A DNA stretch of 64,000 bases from the NCBI GenBank assembly GCA_903888345.1, contig CAISTG010000036.1:1988-65987 (forward strand). The letters run 5' to 3'. Shown in pieces: positions 32,455 to 40,100 of the stretch. The notes beneath the pieces were generated by a model that saw only the letters and a program-made list of their open reading frames with translations, did not search any database and was not told where the DNA came from. The DNA comes from Candidatus Buchananbacteria bacterium. GTDB lineage: Bacteria; Patescibacteriota; Patescibacteriia; 2-01-FULL-39-33. How positions within the stretch are numbered: position 1 is the first letter of the stretch; every line of letters begins with the position of its first letter. A program made the translations under genes and the position numbers.

Positions 32455-32783
32455 TTAAGTGACTACAGTTGGATTGAAAACAAGCTTGATCTCGGCATCA
32501 TCGAAAGCCTTTATAGCGGCGGCGATTTTTCTTTCCGTTCACTTTTGGGAATGCCGCGGCGTACGCACCAACACTCTGCTTCATAATGAAAACCTTTATC
32601 AATGAAGACGTGATGCACCAGGGCAAAGCTAACCGGTTCTCCGGCAAACATTTTATCCAAAACAGAAGCAATTTTAGCGCGCCTGTTTTTGTCTGCTCTA
32701 TACGCCAAGTAGGCTGAAATAATCATGACTGGCATTATGAAGGCCATAATTAGCAATGCGTTAAGGGTCCATTCAGGTAACAT
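32455..32783 (-). pseudogene. Membrane-anchored orphan, paralog of the 22261 protein, with an apparent 1-nt frameshift in an A run (C3)
   Basis: ATG 32783 with AAGGAG SD; ORF stops at 32511 but the shifted frame continues IAAAIKAFDDAEIKLVFNPTVVT* to 32455. Confidence 0.6.
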
Positions 32784-32806
32784 AGAGACTCTCCTTTGTT
32801 TGTCGT

Positions 32807-32983
32807 TTAGTGTACGGGAACAGTGCTGGCCGCTGCTAGCACAATGAATGTCATCCATAGAGCCCAATATCCGAAATAGCCGATTATCACACGAACACTA
32901 ACTGGAGACTTTCCTAGTCTCCTGGCCATAAATATAAATCCGATAGAAAGGGCAATTGTCATGAGTACGAAGAACAAATACAT
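32807..32983 (-). CDS. 58-aa two-TM orphan not in the ORF track (MYLFFVLMTIALSIG...), C3
   Basis: Hand translation; AAGGAG SD; first gene after the promoter. Confidence 0.65.
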   Translation of the reverse strand: MYLFFVLMTIALSIGFIFMARRLGKSPVSVRVIIGYFGYWALWMTFIVLAAASTVPVH

Positions 32984-33052
32984 GTTGCAATCTCCTTTAT
33001 TTGTTTTCGTTAGCTTATATTATTGAGTGGTGGATTTACCAGTCAACTACTA

Positions 33053-33081
33053 AGAATATCATGATTATTAGTAAAAGTCAA
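33053..33081 (-). promoter_or_regulatory. sigma70 promoter of C3
   Basis: TTGACT-17-TATTCT with upstream TG. Confidence 0.7.
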
Positions 33082-33084
33082 GTA

Positions 33085-33129
33085 AATAAAAATCGTCCAG
33101 CTCCAGTTTTGGTAAACTGAGGCTGGACG
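33085..33129 (-). terminator. Terminator of C4
   Basis: CGTCCAGC..CAGTTT/AAACTG..GCTGGACG stem with a T run on the minus strand. Confidence 0.8.
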
Positions 33130-33153
33130 GGAAAGAACTGATTGCTGAGGGTG

Positions 33154-33408
33154 TCAGCTTCGTAAGTAGGCGATAAACGCGCGCCACATGATTCTGAATG
33201 GGTTGCGCTGGCGACGAGCCTCACGTGCTTTCGTCTGTGTTTCTTGGTCAGTGGCCAGTCCGCAGTTGATGCAGAACATCATGCTGGGCCAAAGTTCATT
33301 GCCGCATGCGCATTTGGGCAGTGGCACTACCTTGTTGCCGCACATTTGGCAGTATTTACCGATTATTGCCGTGTTGCGGCAGTTGGAATTTGAACAAATG
33401 CTGGGCAT
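33154..33408 (-). CDS. Double zinc ribbon-like small protein (C4)
   Basis: CSNSNC, YCQMCG, CACG, FCINCG; AAGGAG SD. Confidence 0.75.
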   Translation of the reverse strand: MPSICSNSNCRNTAIIGKYCQMCGNKVVPLPKCACGNELWPSMMFCINCGLATDQETQTKAREARRQRNPFRIMWRAFIAYLRS

Positions 33409-33410
33409 CT

Positions 33411-33872
33411 TTATTCTCCTTTAATCGCGTTCAGCGCTTGGTTAGAACTCGGACAGGTGGGACACTTGTCTCCGGCGAGTTCAAGCGGCTGCCAACCCTT
33501 GGTCAGCAGGGTGGGAATCTTGAAGTACACCGGTTCGTTGGTTTGTTTTGTTGCTTCGGGCAACAGATTGGACCTGACCGTGGCCGTTGAGCCGTCGAAG
33601 GTGACGCTGATTTTTCCCTTGTCGGGAAACTTCAGATCTTCTTTGTTCACAAACACCTTGAAGAGGCTGCTCTGGATCTCTGGGATGGCGGTTGGTGTGG
33701 TGGCAGTGACCGGCGGGTCTACTGCCATCAGGGCATTAATCATGAAAAAGATAAAACAGACAAAAGTAGCGATTGACCAAATGATCCGTTGTGGCTGTCT
33801 GTTCTTCTCGTCAATACATAGGATTAGCCACAACAGATTGACTACGGTCAAGATGATAAAATATATATGCAT
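33411..33872 (-). CDS. Two-TM orphan protein (C4)
   Basis: GGAGGAG SD, two hydrophobic helices. Confidence 0.65.
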   Translation of the reverse strand: MHIYFIILTVVNLLWLILCIDEKNRQPQRIIWSIATFVCFIFFMINALMAVDPPVTATTPTAIPEIQSSLFKVFVNKEDLKFPDKGKISVTFDGSTATVRSNLLPEATKQTNEPVYFKIPTLLTKGWQPLELAGDKCPTCPSSNQALNAIKGE

Positions 33873-33905
33873 GGCGGGATCTCCTCCATCGCGTTCAGCG
33901 ATTGG

Positions 33906-34382
33906 TTAGGACTTTTTGGTCTTGCTGAAGTATGACATATTCAGCACCTTTTTGTCGGCAGTGACTAGAATGACAAAGCATTGGAAGCCGTCTTCGGTGT
34001 CGCGAGACAGGATGAAGCCGGCATCAAGTTTGCCCATGGTTCCTTTAAGCGTCCAGGTCTTGGTGTTGAGTTGTGCGCCCTCGATGTTTTGAATGGTGAC
34101 CGTGATTGTTGTTTCGTCGAGATGTGGCTCCGACAAACCCATTGATGTTTTGATACTGTTGGTGGCGTGGACAATGTCGAGTTGGCCATCACCGTCGTAG
34201 TCAAACATGTTGATGGTATTGTTGGGGACAATCTCGCAGGTGGAGCGATTGAGGCCCACGGTCTGGTGCGGGAAGATCGCCAGCGACTTTTCTTGCGTCG
34301 TTGTGCTCACTTCCTGGGCATGAGCGGCGACTGCCGTCAGCAGAATTGCGAACAGTACGACAACGAAGATAAGGTTTTTCAT
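33906..34382 (-). CDS. Secreted orphan with a DxDGDG (FG-GAP/EF-like) motif (C4)
   Basis: Signal peptide AHA|QE; FDYDGDGQLDIV. Confidence 0.7.
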   Translation of the reverse strand: MKNLIFVVVLFAILLTAVAAHAQEVSTTTQEKSLAIFPHQTVGLNRSTCEIVPNNTINMFDYDGDGQLDIVHATNSIKTSMGLSEPHLDETTITVTIQNIEGAQLNTKTWTLKGTMGKLDAGFILSRDTEDGFQCFVILVTADKKVLNMSYFSKTKKS

Positions 34383-34458
34383 GTTTCGATCCTTTTCTCC
34401 GCATAAATGCGGTAGTTGTGAAGGTCCGGTTGATAGCTAACTTTAGCCAATCAATTAA

Positions 34459-34532
34459 TAATTATAGCATACATAGCAAAATTTGTCAAGTAGTTATCAA
34501 CAGGTAAAATAAATTTTGTTTAAATTTAGATA
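34459..34532 (-). promoter_or_regulatory. C4 promoter module (copy 1 of a ~74-bp direct repeat)
   Basis: TTGACA-17-TATAAT with TG; TTATCAACA at 34494-34502. Confidence 0.85.
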
Positions 34533-34596
34533 TAATAATATTAATATTTCGGCGTAATTGAAGTGATTTTCATATTTCACGATTGTACTCCTTATT

Positions 34597-34706
34597 GTCA
34601 TTGCGAGGGATGCGAACTCAGCCGACCACGGTAATCTCAGTTATCTTGTGACAACTAGCCGGTAAGAGCTTGTTTCGGACGTTCTGCTGAACTACCTCGT
34701 AATGAC
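34597..34706. repeat. Degenerate GTCATTGCGAGG...CCTCGTAATGAC palindromic element
   Basis: Terminal inverted repeats with GTCATT/AATGAC ends. Confidence 0.75.
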
Positions 34707-34726
34707 GAAAATTATAAAAATTAAAC

Positions 34727-34767
34727 AAAAAAGAAGCGCCCCGCGTAGACCGAAGTCCCGCGGGGCG
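34727..34767 (-). terminator. Terminator of C5
   Basis: CGCCCCGCG...CGCGGGGCG with a T run on the minus strand. Confidence 0.8.
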
Positions 34768-34786
34768 ATATTTGTGCTTTGTTGTG

Positions 34787-35083
34787 TCAGCTGGCCTGCT
34801 CGTAGCGGTCCAGCGTGGCGGCAACGTCGTTTACGGATATGCAGAGTGGCACCTGACGTAGACGGCCTCGGTGCATTCCGAATAGGCCGTTGATTTGTTT
34901 CGTGAATCGTGCCAGATCGACGTTCTCATCTTCGAGGATATCCTGGAGGATGGCGAGCCAATTCACGTGGTTGTATGCCTGACCGTAGTGGCAGGACAGA
35001 CACAGCGAATCACGCGCTCCGCCCTCATTCAACCCCATTGTCTTTCTCAAAGACGTCAGAACGCGTTCTTTTAGTGTGAGCAT
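34787..35083 (-). CDS. Orphan protein (C5)
   Basis: AAGGA SD; CxxCH-like CLSCH; operon position. Confidence 0.65.
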   Translation of the reverse strand: MLTLKERVLTSLRKTMGLNEGGARDSLCLSCHYGQAYNHVNWLAILQDILEDENVDLARFTKQINGLFGMHRGRLRQVPLCISVNDVAATLDRYEQAS

Positions 35084-35112
35084 GATCAGTAGTCCTTTCC
35101 TTCTCTGGGAGT

Positions 35113-35742
35113 TCAGCCGGCCTTTTTGCTGGGAGTGACGATCAGGTCAAAGCGACCGTCGCCCTTCAGATATTCCTTGATGTCGCGGTCGAAGACTTGG
35201 CAGTAAGCGATGGCATCAGCCATGCGGTTGTCACGGATCAATCCGCAGATCACATCCCTGAGCGTCTTCTGTTGCTGGCGACGCTCCTGTTCCAACTCGG
35301 AGTTGGTGGCCTGTTCTTTCTGCTTCAACTTTTTGGTTGCCTGCTTCAGTTTAACCAGGCCTTTGCTGAGTTTTGCTTCCAGCTCTGCCGAGGTGACTGG
35401 CTCCAGTTCTTCGATCTGACTCTCGAAATCTCCCTGGCTGATGTCGGAGAAGAATCTGAAATCAAGCCCGGAGTAATAGTGGGGCGGCTCAACTCCCACC
35501 CAGTTTACTGGAGAGTTAATCAAACCGCTGGCAAGTAGGGCGTTAACTGATCTGGTGATTTGTTGGCGCTCTACGGTCGACAGGTCACTCGGACGCTCCC
35601 TGGTGCCGCTAATCCTGGGATTCTCGCCAAAACCGTTTTTGAATTGAACGCTGGCGACAAATCCTTTCTGATCAGCGACGATGATGACCGGGATACGGAT
35701 GCCATGGAACTCAGTTACTCGGAAAATCTCGAATTTCTTCAT
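35113..35742 (-). CDS. Orphan protein with a coiled coil (C5)
   Basis: AAAGGA SD, 209-aa ORF after the promoter. Confidence 0.7.
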   Translation of the reverse strand: MKKFEIFRVTEFHGIRIPVIIVADQKGFVASVQFKNGFGENPRISGTRERPSDLSTVERQQITRSVNALLASGLINSPVNWVGVEPPHYYSGLDFRFFSDISQGDFESQIEELEPVTSAELEAKLSKGLVKLKQATKKLKQKEQATNSELEQERRQQQKTLRDVICGLIRDNRMADAIAYCQVFDRDIKEYLKGDGRFDLIVTPSKKAG

Positions 35743-35886
35743 GATTGAAATTCCTTTCCCACTTCGTGGGTTTTCTTGGTTGTGATTGTTTGCTTTACTA
35801 AAATTCCCTTATTTTAAGGCAATGAAATAGATAACTACTGCATCGCCCTAGAATCAGGGAACTTAGTTTGTTAAAGTTCTAATATA

Positions 35887-35961
35887 TAATTATAGCATAC
35901 ATAGTAAAATTTGTCAAGTAGTTATCAACAGGCTAAAATTATTTTTGTTTAAATTTAAATA
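35887..35961 (-). promoter_or_regulatory. C5 promoter module (copy 2 of the direct repeat)
   Basis: TTGACA-17-TATAAT; TTATCAACA at 35922-35930; near-identical to 34459-34532. Confidence 0.85.
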
Positions 35962-35990
35962 AAAAAACCACTCAGGTTTAATGTGAGTGG
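35961..35990 (-). terminator. Terminator of C6
   Basis: CCACTCA...TGAGTGG with a T run on the minus strand. Confidence 0.7.
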
Positions 35991-36014
35991 CTAAATTGGT
36001 GTTCAAGATTGATT

Positions 36015-36446
36015 CTAACGCCAAGGATCAAAGTCTAAACGAATATCGCGGATTTTATTAATATTTTCCATGGTAATTATCGTGTTTTGAGCGGTTTGAT
36101 CATAAAATTCCTTGGTCAGATAGATCGTCCAGGGCCTAGGGTTGCCGGGCTTGGAGCCATCAAGGAAATTAAAGTCTGACCCCATGGCTTTGAGCATCGC
36201 GCAGACGTAATTCGGGAAAAATCCGGTTTGGAAGGTTTCTACCGTTGTTGAATCAGATATTCCCCAAATTTGGTGTCGTTCAAAGCCCTCGAAAGTCACG
36301 CTGACTGGAATAGTCAATTTTTTTGACTGATAGATTAGCCAGATTAAGGTTTTTCTAAATATTTCTGGGTACTCCGAAGTATTGGCAATCAAATATTGGA
36401 GTGCTGAGATTTGTGTATCTGTGATCACGGGAGTTGGCTTTTCCAT
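36015..36446 (-). CDS. Orphan protein, paralog of the upstream ORF (C6)
   Basis: Shares D.QI.AL, WLI.QS..LT.PV.V and YD......E.IN.IR with 36453-37001. Confidence 0.75.
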   Translation of the reverse strand: MEKPTPVITDTQISALQYLIANTSEYPEIFRKTLIWLIYQSKKLTIPVSVTFEGFERHQIWGISDSTTVETFQTGFFPNYVCAMLKAMGSDFNFLDGSKPGNPRPWTIYLTKEFYDQTAQNTIITMENINKIRDIRLDFDPWR

Positions 36447-36452
36447 GTGTTG

Positions 36453-37001
36453 TTACACCTTTGGTTGTTTGCGTTTCTTAACCCAAGAAACACTTTCTTT
36501 GGGTTCAGGGAGATCGTGAGAACCGCCAAAATAGCTGGCATCCGCTAACCGGATAGCATTTATTTTCTCGAGATCAAGTCTCAGGCGCGTCGCTTTATCA
36601 TCATAGAGATGGGGCGAGAGCCAGGCCGTGTAGCCGTGGAAGTTATTAAGTTCTCCCTGCTCATCGTATATTCCGCCATGAACCGAAAATCGGAAAGTCG
36701 TGCTAGCTACAGTCAGCAAGGAGTTAAGGTGGGTGGTGTTACCACCGCTGATCATGTCATGAATACTGTTAAGCAGTTGTTCGCACAACTCTATCTGGCC
36801 CTTGGGTGTGCCGGGGCAATTTTTCGGAATACTGACACAGACTGGCCGCGTTAGGTTATTCGACTGATCAATTAGCCAGAAACAAAGTCGCTTGCCGAAA
36901 TTGCTGGCATCTTTTGATCCAGCGATGTAAATTTTCAGCGCCTCAATTTGTCGGTCAGATAGGGGTCTTGATTTAGCGAGTCGGGTCGTGGATGGGGCCA
37001 T
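36453..37001 (-). CDS. Orphan protein (C6)
   Basis: ATG 37001 after CAACCAACAGGAG; the longer track start overlaps the promoter. Confidence 0.75.
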   Translation of the reverse strand: MAPSTTRLAKSRPLSDRQIEALKIYIAGSKDASNFGKRLCFWLIDQSNNLTRPVCVSIPKNCPGTPKGQIELCEQLLNSIHDMISGGNTTHLNSLLTVASTTFRFSVHGGIYDEQGELNNFHGYTAWLSPHLYDDKATRLRLDLEKINAIRLADASYFGGSHDLPEPKESVSWVKKRKQPKV

Positions 37002-37047
37002 GATACGGTTCTCCTGTTGGTTGATTTTAAAGGTGCGTCGATAGGTG

Positions 37048-37076
37048 AGTCTAACATAACGAATAGGGGTTGTCAA
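37048..37076 (-). promoter_or_regulatory. sigma70 promoter of C6
   Basis: TTGACA-17-TAGACT with TG. Confidence 0.75.
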
Positions 37077-37117
37077 TGGTTGCTAAGGAGGTCGGTTTTG
37101 TGTTAATATTTACTCAT

Positions 37118-38149
37118 ATGACAGGTGAAAATTGGGAGGAAAAGCATAAGTTTTTATGGGAGGTTTGCGGGCACGAAAAAATCGTTTCCTATTTAAAGTC
37201 GGCTATTGCTACAGACCGGGTTAATCATGCTTATATCTTCGCCGGTCCGAGTGGTTTAGGCAAGGCTACCGTGGCCGATCGCTTTATTAAGACTCTTTAT
37301 TGCCAAGGTCAAGGCGAGTATAAGCCCTGTGGCCAGTGTCCGGCTTGTCGCCAAGTCGAAGCGCATACGCATCCTGATGTTTATCGTGTCGGTCGGGTCA
37401 TTAATGAAAAAACCGGAAAATTTTATCGCGAAATCGTGATCGATCAAATGCGTGACCTAAAAATGAAGTTATCACAGGGCACGTTGCTCTCGTCATGGAA
37501 GATCGCGATTATTGAGGATGCTGATTATTTGAATGTTAATGCCGCCAATTCTTTGTTAAAAGTATTAGAAGAACCGACGCGTAAAACTGTCATTATTTTG
37601 TTGGTTAGTGATTTATCACAAATGCTCAAGACGATTACTTCTCGAGTTCAGGTTTTGAATTTTTTGCCAGTCAGCCACGATGAGATTAAGGATTATTTAT
37701 TGAGCCAAGAAATTAGTAATGATAAGGCGCAACGCATCGCTAATTTATCGTTAGGCAAACCGCGGCTCGCCATTAAGATGATTGAGGATAACGATTATTA
37801 TAATACGGTGACGACGGACATCAAGAGTTTTGGTGAAATTTTTGAACTTGATATGTTCTCACGCTTAAAGAAAATGGATAGCCTGCTGGACTGGGATAAG
37901 GATGAGAGTATAAATATCTCGCGTCTTAATCTACTCTTCGATCATTGGCTGATGGGTTTGCGTGATTTAATAATGCTCAGCACTAATAATTCGCGTTTAA
38001 TGGCGATTGTCGCGGGTGAGCGATCGTTAGCGGCGGGTACGGCCAACCGGTTATTGCGGGTGTATGATTTGATTTCTACAGCTCGTGGTTTATTGGACCG
38101 GAATATTAGCAGTAAAAACGTTTTAGAAAATTTAATTATAAATATATGA
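37118..38149 (+). CDS. holB: DNA polymerase III delta' subunit
   Basis: HAYIFAGPSGLGK, PCGQCPAC, HPD, AANSLLKVLEEP, TITSR. Confidence 0.9.
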   Translation: MTGENWEEKHKFLWEVCGHEKIVSYLKSAIATDRVNHAYIFAGPSGLGKATVADRFIKTLYCQGQGEYKPCGQCPACRQVEAHTHPDVYRVGRVINEKTGKFYREIVIDQMRDLKMKLSQGTLLSSWKIAIIEDADYLNVNAANSLLKVLEEPTRKTVIILLVSDLSQMLKTITSRVQVLNFLPVSHDEIKDYLLSQEISNDKAQRIANLSLGKPRLAIKMIEDNDYYNTVTTDIKSFGEIFELDMFSRLKKMDSLLDWDKDESINISRLNLLFDHWLMGLRDLIMLSTNNSRLMAIVAGERSLAAGTANRLLRVYDLISTARGLLDRNISSKNVLENLIINI

Positions 38150-39222
38150 AAGCTACCAAGCTGAAAATTTTAATCTTAGCTGTCCTGGCGCTGGCGGTTT
38201 CTGGTTGTACGCTTTTACCTACCGCGAACACTAGTAAGGTCGCTCCGGCGGATGGCGGGGTGTGGCGCTCTGTTGATGCGGGCGGCACGTTTACTCAGGC
38301 GGGTGACGTTTTGGCAACCAAGGGCAAGGTTTCGACGCTGAATAATTTGAGTATTTTGAAATTAGTGTTTGATCCGAGTGACGCTAATACGATTTATGCT
38401 TTGACAACGGCTTACGGTTTAGTTTATACGCTTGATGGCGGAAATTCTTGGTCTCAATTTAAAGCCCTCAATCAAGGGGCGGTGAGTGGTGTGGCCGTCA
38501 GTTCGGCTAATAAATGCTTGATTGATGTGTTAGCCGGCAATAAATTATATCAAACCGTTAATTGTGGTCGTGATTTCACTAATATTTATTATCATCAAAA
38601 AGCGATAGTTAATTTAACGGCGATTGCCCTTGATCCGAAAACACCGAACATTGTTTATTTGGGAACCAGTGAAGGTGAAATTCTCAAAAGCACTGACGGC
38701 GGTCAGGCGTGGGTGACGGTGATGCGCGAAGCCAATAATTCGATCATGGATATTATTATCGATAACGTTGATCAGCAGGTGGTTTATGTTGGAACATCAA
38801 AGAGCGGCATTTTTAAATCAATTGATGCGGGTAAGACTTGGAATAATTTAGGGGCTGGCTTGGCATCTTATGTCGGCAGTCATGAGTATAAACGGCTCAT
38901 TGCCGATCCAGCGACGCCTAACGGCTTGATTTTTATTTCGAAATTCGGTTTGTTACATACGAGCGATGGTGGCAGCACTTGGCAAGTGGTGGAATTATTA
39001 CCAGACGCGAAAAAATTAGCGATCACTGCGGTTGGTGTCAATCCCAAAAACAGTTTAGAATTTTATTACACAACCGCGACCACTTTAGTGAAGACTACTG
39101 ACGGCGGCCAAAAATGGTCATCGAAAAAATTGCCTTTCAGCACGCGAACAGCCAATGGCATTTTTGTTTCTCCAGCTAATCCGAATATCGTTTTCTTATC
39201 AACTGAATTAATTAAAAAATAA
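38146..39222 (+). CDS. Lipoprotein with BNR/Asp-box beta-propeller repeats
   Basis: Lipobox VSG|C; repeated S/TxDGGxxW. Confidence 0.85.
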   Translation: MKATKLKILILAVLALAVSGCTLLPTANTSKVAPADGGVWRSVDAGGTFTQAGDVLATKGKVSTLNNLSILKLVFDPSDANTIYALTTAYGLVYTLDGGNSWSQFKALNQGAVSGVAVSSANKCLIDVLAGNKLYQTVNCGRDFTNIYYHQKAIVNLTAIALDPKTPNIVYLGTSEGEILKSTDGGQAWVTVMREANNSIMDIIIDNVDQQVVYVGTSKSGIFKSIDAGKTWNNLGAGLASYVGSHEYKRLIADPATPNGLIFISKFGLLHTSDGGSTWQVVELLPDAKKLAITAVGVNPKNSLEFYYTTATTLVKTTDGGQKWSSKKLPFSTRTANGIFVSPANPNIVFLSTELIKK

Positions 39223-39227
39223 AATAT

Positions 39228-39779
39228 ATGAGTATTATCGACAATCACAAGGAGGAATTTAATAAAGTAATTGAACATTTTAAATTAGAAATTGGCACCT
39301 TGAAGACAGGTCGTGCTAATCCTGCCATGCTGGACATGGTCCGAGTGGAAGCTTATGGCGCGATGAGTCCAATCAATCAAGTAGCTTCCGTCACAGTTCA
39401 AGATGCGCGCAGTTTGGTGATTCAACCGTGGGACAAGAGCGTGCTGAAAGATCTAGAAAAGGCGATCGTCGAGGCGAACTTGAACGTTTCTCCAGTCAAT
39501 GATGGTGAACGTATTCGCTTGAATCTGCCAGCCTTAACCGAAGAAACCAGAAAAGAAGTGGTTAAATTATTGAATCAAAAAGCCGAAGAAACAAAAATCG
39601 CTATTCGTTTAGAGCGCGATAAGATTAAGGAAGAAATTATTGAGGCGGAAAAAAATAAAGAGTTTGGCGAAGACGAGAAATTCGGTCAGTTGGAAGCTTT
39701 AGATAAGAAAGTTGGTGAGTTTAACGACAAGATTAAAGAATTGGTGGATAAGAAAGAGGAAGAAATAATGACCGTCTAG
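39228..39779 (+). CDS. frr: Ribosome recycling factor
   Basis: KTGRANP, IQPWDKS, LTEETRKE. Confidence 0.96.
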   Translation: MSIIDNHKEEFNKVIEHFKLEIGTLKTGRANPAMLDMVRVEAYGAMSPINQVASVTVQDARSLVIQPWDKSVLKDLEKAIVEANLNVSPVNDGERIRLNLPALTEETRKEVVKLLNQKAEETKIAIRLERDKIKEEIIEAEKNKEFGEDEKFGQLEALDKKVGEFNDKIKELVDKKEEEIMTV

Positions 39780-39790
39780 GAAATGTTTTT

Positions 39791-40074
39791 TCCACTTCTT
39801 GTAGCCAAATCGCCTGCTGGCGATATCAGGGTTGGCTATATTCTTTTGGAATCAGCTCCGCTGAAGCTTATTTAACTATCCTTCGCTTCGCTACGGACTG
39901 AATTAGAAGAAGTGGAGTAAGAATCGCGACCTGATGAAAATCATGGCTGAATTTTCAGCTACGCTCACTAAACCAAAAACGCTGTCGCTGTTTTGGTTTG
40001 CCTAATGGCCGTTCGCTCCCACTGAAAATCAGCACAATCCGCCGCGGCGGATTCAAACGGTCGCACCCGGGGCA
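39791..40074. ncRNA. Candidate structured RNA or non-autonomous palindromic element (unidentified)
   Basis: Two multi-stem modules closed by TCCACTTCTT/AAGAAGTGGA and GCGACC/GGTCGC; no ORF. Confidence 0.45.
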
Positions 40075-40100
40075 GGGAAATAAAAAATTTATTTTTAAAT

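Noticed and set aside
32784-32867. N-terminal extension of the 118-aa track ORF
   Set aside because: It overlaps the 58-aa upstream gene; the SD supports ATG 32783
32392-37076. Classical integron or prophage
   Set aside because: No integrase, attC pattern or structural phage genes; the units carry their own promoters
40040-40074. tRNA gene
   Set aside because: Only an acceptor-like 3' end; no matching 5' strand, D arm or anticodon arm found
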